Source: Antedon mediterranea
Lineage: Eukaryota > Animalia > Echinodermata
Direction: 5' to 3'
DNA length: 64,000 nt
Assembly (NCBI RefSeq): GCF_964355755.1
Contig: NC_092674.1
Coordinates: 24,738,001-24,802,000, forward strand
Each line of letters starts with the position of its first letter. The stretch's first letter is position 1. This document shows positions 55,418-64,000 of this stretch, piece by piece. Below the pieces are notes generated by a model. The model did not search any database and was not told the DNA's origin. It was given only the letters and a program-made list of their open reading frames with translations. The translations under genes were made by a program, and so were the position numbers.

Positions 55418-58400
55418 TTAACTCATTGTCGAAACAATTGGAGCAGATTCGATCGACTGATCCCCGTAATCGGCATTTGTTCGATTTGTCTGGTCATTTT
55501 GACCATTACGTCCCCTCTTACGTTTACTATAGCTATAGGCTAACATTATAAACATTGCCATCACTAACCCTACTATTGCTCCTGCAATCCCAACTAGGCC
55601 TACCATAGATCTATTGTTTTGGTCTATACTACTTGGACCTGTTGCTTGTTGTGTGAGAGCTTTCTTTATAGGAGCAGGTGTTCCAGGTAGAACTGCATTC
55701 GGATCCTCGTCCTCCATCAATCTCCAATGTGACGTTGTCGTGTTTTTCAGCCAGACATCTGAATTTGTTGCAACTATGTACCAAGTCTTGGTTGTATTAG
55801 GATTACGGCTTGGCTTCCGATTAAAAGGAGGACGATTTATTTTTGGAAGGCCAGAAATGGAATTTGCCTTGATACAGAAGTCAATACGACAATCATTATC
55901 AATGGCAGCGAGATGTTGACTGTAACCCGAAGGACACTTCTGGGGCCAGCTTGCAGGACCTCCCTCTTTGAGGAACATAGCTAGGTTATTTACTGGTTCT
56001 TTGCTTATGCTATCAGATGCATATGTTGTTTTGCCTTCTAAGCTCAATGGATTTCCCGCAGAACAACTAAAGAAACCGGCAAATGGAACAGAGTACCTGT
56101 AGCCTAGTTCGTAGTCACCGTTTACACACACAAACAGGTCAGAACCCATTCTCAATGGATAGAATGTGTTTGGACATGCATGGATTTCTGTTAATAGATT
56201 TGGCATAGTAGATGTATAAACACCGCCAAATAAGTATCCAGTATCAGCTGAAACGGGTCCAGTCGGGAAACACCAGAATGTTTTGTAAACGGCCGTGCTG
56301 GAGAGGTAAAACGTACCGCAGGAAGTGTGACAGAAAACTCCGAGGCTGCAGTATTTATGGCACTTTCGTTTGGACGTAGTGTGATATTCTTCACCAGTGT
56401 GTAATAGAACTGCTTTGTAGTTACCCGGACATGTAATGGCACCTGTCAGAGGGTTTTTCAGCGAAAGACTAGGACATATATCTCCAGCGTCGTATCCTGG
56501 CTTCATCTCACACGTCTGATAGACACCACCAAATGTGTAATTGTTGTAAGGTGCATTGCACGACCCGTCGTCTGTATTGGCCCTGAAGTTAAAGTTTTCT
56601 GAATCCATATCTATACAGCCCTTGTGAGTGTTGACATCATAATAACGTTTTATTTCTTTATAGATTAAGTTAGAGACATTTGTCAAAGTTGGTTCAGGAA
56701 TGTTTGGTAGTGTCTCTGGCGTAACCACATAGTGCAAAGGATCACCATACTTGTTAATAGCAACAAGGTTGTTTGGTAGGCCGTCCTGCCATTCGTTTAT
56801 TGTCTGGTTGACTCTAAAAGGATCACCGCCATATGTTTCTAATTTTGAATCAGTTCGGTTTGTGCGGTAATATTCATTCATGGTTTGACTAGAAGAGCTT
56901 GAGAATCCGCCACCAGCAGAGAATTCCCAAAACCAGGCACTGGCAGCAGCTTTCACAGTATGTTTTTCTGGAGAAAAGTTATTGACAAATGTGTTTTTAA
57001 TCTGATCTAGCTGAAGATACACTCCACCAACATCCACCACCGTCACCACGTGCGTTCCATAGTCCCTTATCAGCTGCTGTGTAAGATATCTTGCTATTCG
57101 CGTATCATTATTCTGGAAGTTGGCGCAGATATCCATAACACGTGACTTGAATGTGGGATGTAAAATCGGATTGTCGGTGCGTGCTTTATACAGATGATGA
57201 CGTACTTGAACGCGCGTGGTTGAGGATTGATCATACACTTGCTGGGTCTTTACGAATTCTTTTTCGTCAGAAAAACTTCCGCTAATAATACCAAATAGAG
57301 ACGCGCCAGCGTTTATGGAGTTACTCGTTGTACTGGTATAGTTATACCAGTGTTCGTACAATTCAGAGAAGACCTCTGCCTAAAGATAAAACATTTACTA
57401 TACTTTAATTAAATGAATATAATGTAGGCCTATTAACATTTTAGGTCTTATGAAAGCCCCATGTATATAATTTGACTGCAGTTCTGTAGACTTATTTACA
57501 GAATGTAATCCAACCATTCGTATCCATTAACTTCCCCGGTCTTTGCCATCCTTGCGTATTTATGATTGAACAATTTCAAGAAGTATAATGTTTATAAATA
57601 TAATGTTTTTACTAACTTTACTGTGTTTAATTGGTATAATAGTGACGTCATCTGGAACTATGTATTTTCTGTCGTTTGTCGTCCGGCATTTTTCGTAAGA
57701 ATTCAAAACCACCTGACCCATATCTTCGTTACGTAGATTATCGAATCCAGTACCTGAAAAGAACAAAATGAAACTGAACATATAATAGACAAGAAAAAGC
57801 TATGCGAGGCATACAGTTACTTTTTGTTAGGAGTAGACACAGGACAGATCCAATAGAAAAAGTAATAAAAACAAAGATTTCAGGATAACGATTTGCAGTA
57901 AGTGATATAGGTTTTAATGCCTTTTTAGCACATCTGTTAGGCCTATGCGAACTGTGCATTATAGTGGGATCGAGTCAATGACAAGACAAACAAAGTAGAT
58001 GCAAGTACAGTATTGAATTAATTTTTTGTATTTAAAGTATTAAGAAATCAGTGATATAGTAGTATTAATATGCGGTACGGTATCGATATTATGTAATCAT
58101 GAAAGTTTGATCATGGAGCTATAAAATTAGATAGCTCCATGGTTTGATTTAATAGAAGCCACGATCATACGGCTGCTCATTGATCTCCCTTGGAGCCAAT
58201 GTACGACACTTCAATTTAGCATATCACATTAACAATATCTACAAGTCTGACACTCGTAGATTGGTTTTCGGTAGTGATTGATAATGAAATGTGTATATTG
58301 TACTAACTTTCCAAAGATTGGAATAAACATAGGCAAGTCTTCTACTTTAACAAATATTGTAAGTTGAGATAGTTGTATATCCGAATGCCTTAATAGTTTA

Positions 58401-58724
58401 TATATATATAACAAAATTGCCTATTATTATGTGGACTTGGTTTGGTTGCTTCTGTTTCACATTCAACGATTAAAGCATGAAAAATGATGATGCAACATCG
58501 AATATCTATTTTACAATAATAACTCGAAATACAGATAACAATGGACAATAAACTAAACTACAGCTATATATAACATTGGTAACGTACTTACCGGGTAATG
58601 TTTCAAAATAGTCCAGATCAGTTTTACATGTGTTTCCATCAATGACAACTTCGGCACCAATAACTACTGTAGTCATCAAATGTACATACAACAAAAGTAC
58701 ACAGTTCAACTTAGATTTATCCAT
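55418..58724 (-). CDS. MPEG1: Macrophage-expressed gene 1 / perforin-2, copy A, 743 aa, 3 exons
   Basis: Exons 58592-58724, 57617-57753 and 55418-57379 are in phase. Signal peptide, ETLPGTGFDNLRN, MACPF signature YGTHVVTVVDVGG, NYTFGGVYQTC, P2 domain (FAGFFSCSAGNPL, CPSGYSQHLA), TM helix and basic cytosolic tail. Confidence 0.96.
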
Positions 58725-58789
58725 TTTATGTCTGAAGTATGGTGATGCCAGAAAAAGAATGACGACAAACCAAACGCGAGAAACAGATA

Positions 58790-58869
58790 TCTATATAGGC
58801 GTTGATAGATCAATATTCTTTATTGATGTCGAAAAAAAAGCAAAATTTGGAATTTCCACTCTGACGTTA
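58790..58869 (-). promoter_or_regulatory. Putative MPEG1-A proximal promoter: TATA-like, kB-like and CRE-like sites
   Basis: TATATAG about 70 bp upstream of the ATG, GGAATTTCC at 58849-58857 and TGACGTTA at 58862-58869. Motif match only. Confidence 0.4.
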
Positions 58870-60768
58870 CCAACTAGAAAATGGTGTGTCACAATTGAGA
58901 AAGAACAAACCACTAAACTGTTTATGGAAGCCAATTAAATAAAAATCTTAAAAATAATCTAACATGCACTGTTGTTTCCTCTTTTAAATAAATAACGAAT
59001 TTATGATGCATTTTTGTTTGATGTGTGACATCTATAACCTTTCGAAGATGTTTGTGTACAACCCATATATTTTTGTAAATACAATGCTTTGATTTTGCTG
59101 CTTTTTGTAATGATTTTTATACCGAAATAAATTGAATACAAATTGCTCATATAGAAACAAAAGATTATCATTATTATTATGGTCTATGTTACTCCATTAT
59201 ATAATGTCAGTTCTTTTTCAATCGTCCTCCTCTTGTTCTATTTTTCTCTTCTTGCTTTGTACTTGTTCTTTCTTGTCTTTCTCTATTTCCCACTTTCCTC
59301 TATCTTCGCAAAGGTTACAGTAGGTGAAATAATAATACGCCTGCGCACTAATAATCAACGCTTTCGATAAAAAAAAAAAAAAAACAGGCTTTAGTATAAA
59401 CTGAGACAACAACAATATATGTTGTTTCAGTTTTGAATGTTGTAAATAATTATATAAGCCTTTGAATTGTGTTTCAGCTGGCGTGCATGCACTCTCACGT
59501 TACATACCATAAATCGATATGTGGTTGGAATATAAATATCACAACAAAGGGCATAAGTGATACATTTGGCAGCCCTGATGATACTTTATTATGCAAATTA
59601 CAAAGCTACCAAGTAAAGGCGATTTTCCAGGAGAGATTACATTCCTTTCTCACCACAACTACTGGTAAAAAATACAGTTTACGCGTATACAAACAAAATG
59701 TAGTAGGCCTATTGATTGTATTGATTTCTGTTATTTCCTTTTTCCCTCCTTTACTTCTTTTTGGTTCTCTATTTCGTAATTCTTCATACATTCCTTCTTT
59801 GCACTGAGATTCTATTTTTGCCTTTTTCTTTTTTTTTCTTCTCTCGTTTTGTTTATTTTTAAAAACCCTTATTTTGATTTAATGTTCGGAACTCGTGATA
59901 CATTCACAGGCCTATTATGTATATCAATAGAACTTACTTCCAGGATGGGTTAAAGATACACATCGCTTGTAATTACGTCACTCGCTTGCGTTACGTCACG
60001 TCCTTGCGTTGCGTCTCTAGTGGAAATTCAAAGCTTTTACCAGAATATCACACTGTAAAGCCCGCATTAAAAGAACTGATCTAAAACGTAACATAGTTTT
60101 TTTTTCGGCCACCGAATCGAATCCGGGCTCAGTGTGAACGTGGATTAAGGTTGGGTAATACTGTAGTGAGTAAATATACCGTACACACTTAAAACTAATG
60201 GAACGATACAGTAAGTTGATAATACATATAGTATTACAAAATAACGTCACAGTATCAAACATGGAATCTTTTTAGTAGTATATACTACTTTTCAGCCTTT
60301 TGGCTGCGGTTGTATTTTTGATTTCTTTTTTTTTGTGAATAAATATACCTGAATATAAAATATCGACAAAAGCTTACAGTGTGGACTGAAAACGAATATT
60401 TATACATATTTAAACGGTCGTGATTGGCATTCTTTTGTATAACATCAACACATCAATGTAAAAATGCAAATTATTTACCTTGTGTATCTGCTGTGACCTG
60501 TCTATGTGTAAAGGTGGTCGCTTGTATACCGTGCCTTCACATTCAAATTTGTACATTCGTAGAACCAAAAACATTATTATTCTTGCCACTATAAACGTCT
60601 GTTAAACTTTTCCACTGCTGACATGAACTGTAGCGGAATATAAATTAACTCCAGCAACGCTGCACAAACGGAATGTACTCAAATATTGACCACCTTTATT
60701 CATATTAGTTGGGCATACGTCACAAGAATACGGGGATAATGCAAGTGCGGGAGAATAAAAATAAGTTA

Positions 60769-61154
60769 AGCCTGTTTTCTTGTCGACGTTATTCGACGCT
60801 ATCGTTAACAATAATCGACGATCTTCTACGTAAACATTGAAATGTTAACGATTTACAGGAAAAGTTACTCGCTATCGCTATCATTTCAACTTGATCGTTT
60901 TCAAACGATCGTCGTTGAACTGTTAAGCGTGGTTCCCACTAGCGACGCAACACAAGGACGTAACGCAACGCAAGTGAATTGACTAATCACAAGCGATGGC
61001 TTATTCGCTTGTGATTGCTAACTGTCTATAACTTCGCTTGTCATTGGTTAAAACGCTTGCGTTGCGTTTACGTCCTTGCGTTACGTTCTAGTGGGAACCA
61101 AGCTTTAACGATCAACGACGCTAGCGTCAAATAACGTCGACAGGAAAACAGGCT
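60769..61154. mobile_element. Harbinger-like MITE containing a family Y MITE (60926-61104)
   Basis: Outer TIR AGCCTGTTTTC(T/C)TGTCGACGTTATT with TTA duplication. The inner copy also has a TTA duplication. Confidence 0.86.
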
Positions 61155-61495
61155 TTATGATGATGACGATAATCATAACCTACTCATTTCCTGGAACATC
61201 GATGGCCTCGATAGTGCTAGTACATATGAAGCAAGAACGCACGTATATAAACGTTAAAACACTATTCAATATTATTTATGAACACAAAATTGACAGATAA
61301 CTTTTATTTCATGTTTTCATTTATTGTAATAGATTATGAGCTACTGACATTTCGATTATCAGGGGAGAAGACTCTAAAATATAAAAACTTTAAAAAAATT
61401 AATTATACATAGGTATTACTACAGTATATCAACAGCTTTTTAATGTTAAATTGGCTCTGCCAAATCATATTTCTACGTTATGTAAACAACAAAGT

Positions 61496-63895
61496 TTAAC
61501 TCATAGTAGTTATCGGAACAATGGGTGCAGTTTCGTTAGGCTGATCCCCATGTAGGGTATTGTAGTTATTTGGTCGATTCTCCTGCTGGTAATTTTGACC
61601 ATTAAATCCTCTCCTACGTTTACGAATTGTAGAAGCTACAAGCATTGCAATCACCACAAAGGCAATTACTGCTATGGTAACCCCGACTATCATAGATACA
61701 TTGCTTTTATTACTGGAATCTGTGTTTGTTTTAGCTTTGTCTGTTGGCACTGGCGATCCAGGTAGACGAAATGAATCCGGATCGTCGTAAACCATCAATT
61801 TCCATTGCATGGTAGTCATGTTTTTCACCCAGACATTTGATTGTGTTCCAACTACGTACCAAGTCTCGGTTGTATTGGGATTACGGTTTGGCTTTCGAGT
61901 GTAAGGAGGACGATTTATTTTTGGAAGACCGAGGCCTGAGAGGGCATTTGCCTTGACACAGAAGTCAATACGACAATCATTATCAATGGCAGCGAGATGT
62001 TGACTGTAGCCCGACGGACACCTCTGGGGCCAGCTTGAAGGACCTCCCTCTTTGAGGAACATAGCTAAGTTATTGACTGGTTCTTTGCTTATGCTATCGG
62101 ATGCATACGTGGTTTTTCCGTCTAAACTTAATGGATTTCCCGCAGAACAACTAAAGAAGCCGGCAAATGGAACAGAGTACCTGTAGCCTAGTTCGTAGTC
62201 ATCGTTGACACACACAAAAAGGTCAGAACCCATTCTCAATGGATAGAATGTGTTTGGACATGCCTGGGTTTCTGTTAAAGGATTTGGCATAGTAGACGTA
62301 TAAACACCGCCGAATAAGTAGCCAGTATCAGCTGGAACGGGTCCAGTAGCTACACACCAGAATGTATTGTAAAAGGCCGTGCTGGAGAGGTAAATCGTAC
62401 CGCAGGAGGTGTGACAGAAAATGAATAAGATGCAGTGTCTGTGGCACTCTTGTCTGGACGCAGTGTGATGTTCTTCACCAGCGTTTAATTGAACCGCTTC
62501 ATAACCACTTTGACAGGTATAGTCACCTGTCAGAGGGTTCTTCTGCGAAAGACCAGGACACATATCTCCAGCGTTGGACCCTGGCTTCATCTCACACGTT
62601 TGGTAAACACCACCAAATGTGTAATTGTTGTAAGGTGCAATGCACGACCCGTCGTCTGTATTGGCCCTGAAGTTAAAGTTTTCTGAATCCATATCTATAC
62701 AGCCCTTGTGAGTGTTGACATCATAGTAACGTTTGATTTCTTTATATATTAACTTGGAGACATGCGTCACAGTTGGTCCAGGGATATCTGGTAGTGTCTC
62801 AGGCGTAACCACATAATTCAAAGGATCACCATATTTGTTAATAGCAACAAGGTTGTTTGGTAGGCCGTCCTGCCATTCGTTTATTGTCTGGTTGACTCTA
62901 TAAGGATCTCCACCGTGTGTTTCGAATTTCGAATCAGTTCGGTTTGTGCGGTAATATTCATTCATGGTTTGACTAGAAGAGCTTGAGAATCCGCCACCAG
63001 CTGAGATTTCCCAAAACGAGAAGCTAGCAGCAGCTCTCACAGTGTGTTTGTTTAAATAAAAGTTATTAACAAATGTGTTTTTAATCTGATCTAGCTGAAG
63101 ATACACTCCACCAACATCCACCACCGTCACCACGTGCGTTCCATAGTCCCTTATCAGCTTCTGTGTAAGATATCTTGCCATTCGCGTATCATTATTCTGG
63201 AAGTTGGCGCAGATATCCATAACACGTGACTTGAATGTAGGATGTAAAATCGGATTGTCGGTGCGTGCTTTATACAGATGATGACGTACTTGAACGCGCG
63301 TTGTTGAGGATTGATCATACACTTGCTGGGTCTTTACGAATTCGTTTTCATCAGAAAAACTTCCGCTAATAATACCAAATAGAGACGCGCCAGCGTTTAT
63401 GGAGTTACTCGTTGTACTGGTATAGTTATACCAGTGTTCGTACAATTCAGAGAAGACCTCTGCCTAAAGATAAAACATTAATATAATAATGATATAATTT
63501 GCTTGCAATTGGTGAAATGTTCTATAGAATTATCAGATCCTTAAGACCTATACTGTATATTGGTAATTCTATAGTTTGTCCTTTTTATTGGAACATGAAC
63601 TACTTATTTCCACAATTTTATTATATTAAGCTATGTCATTTTAAAATTTATCTTATTTTAGCATTGAATAATGTGTTAATTTAAGTTTATTTTGAATGAA
63701 TTGGCAAAGAGTGTATATTTATTAACAATTTCAAGAAATATAATTATTTTTTACTAACTTTACTGTGTTTGATTGGTATGATAGTGACGTCATCTGGTAC
63801 TATGTATTTTCTGTCGTTTGTCGTTCGGCATTTTTCGTAAGAATTCAAAACAACCTGACCCATATCTTCGTTACGTAAATTATCGAATCCAGTAC
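61496..63895 (-). CDS. MPEG1: Macrophage-expressed gene 1 / perforin-2, copy B (exon 1 outside the window)
   Basis: Exons 63759-63895 and 61496-63463 have the same intron positions and domains as copy A. Open frame. Confidence 0.95.
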
Positions 63896-64000
63896 CTGAA
63901 AAAGACACGTACTGCACTTAGGCTAGGAAAAATATGTATAGGCAAATACTTATTATTTTTAGGGGTTTATACGAGATAGAGTGATGGCCTACTGATGGAT

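Overview
AT-rich, intron-rich animal genomic DNA, not prokaryotic. The gene set and a Deu/Nin-type SINE suggest an invertebrate deuterostome, possibly an echinoderm (inference). Exons were assembled by hand with GT-AG boundaries and consistent phases. Seven genes: PARL (-, last exon outside the window), TBL1XR1/Ebi (-, complete, 12 coding exons), an orphan gene of about 705 aa (-, with an AKAP-like helix and coding repeats), a FAM168-like gene (-) head-to-head with a PLEKHB/evectin gene (+), and two tandem MPEG1/perforin-2 paralogs (-). The introns hold many nested mobile elements. PARL intron 1 carries an 8.5 kb decayed Ginger1-type transposon (GPY/F plus OTU remnants) that itself contains a LINE, a MITE and a self-nested element with 10-bp TSDs. 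Two nested Helentron-type elements lie in the PLEKHB 5' intron. A Penelope-like fragment with a hammerhead ribozyme core lies in a FAM168 intron. The most unusual unexplained signal is a dense AGGCCTAG/CTAG cluster just inside the first intron of each of four housekeeping-type genes, and in transposon interiors. No database searches were run, so all family calls rest on recognised motifs.
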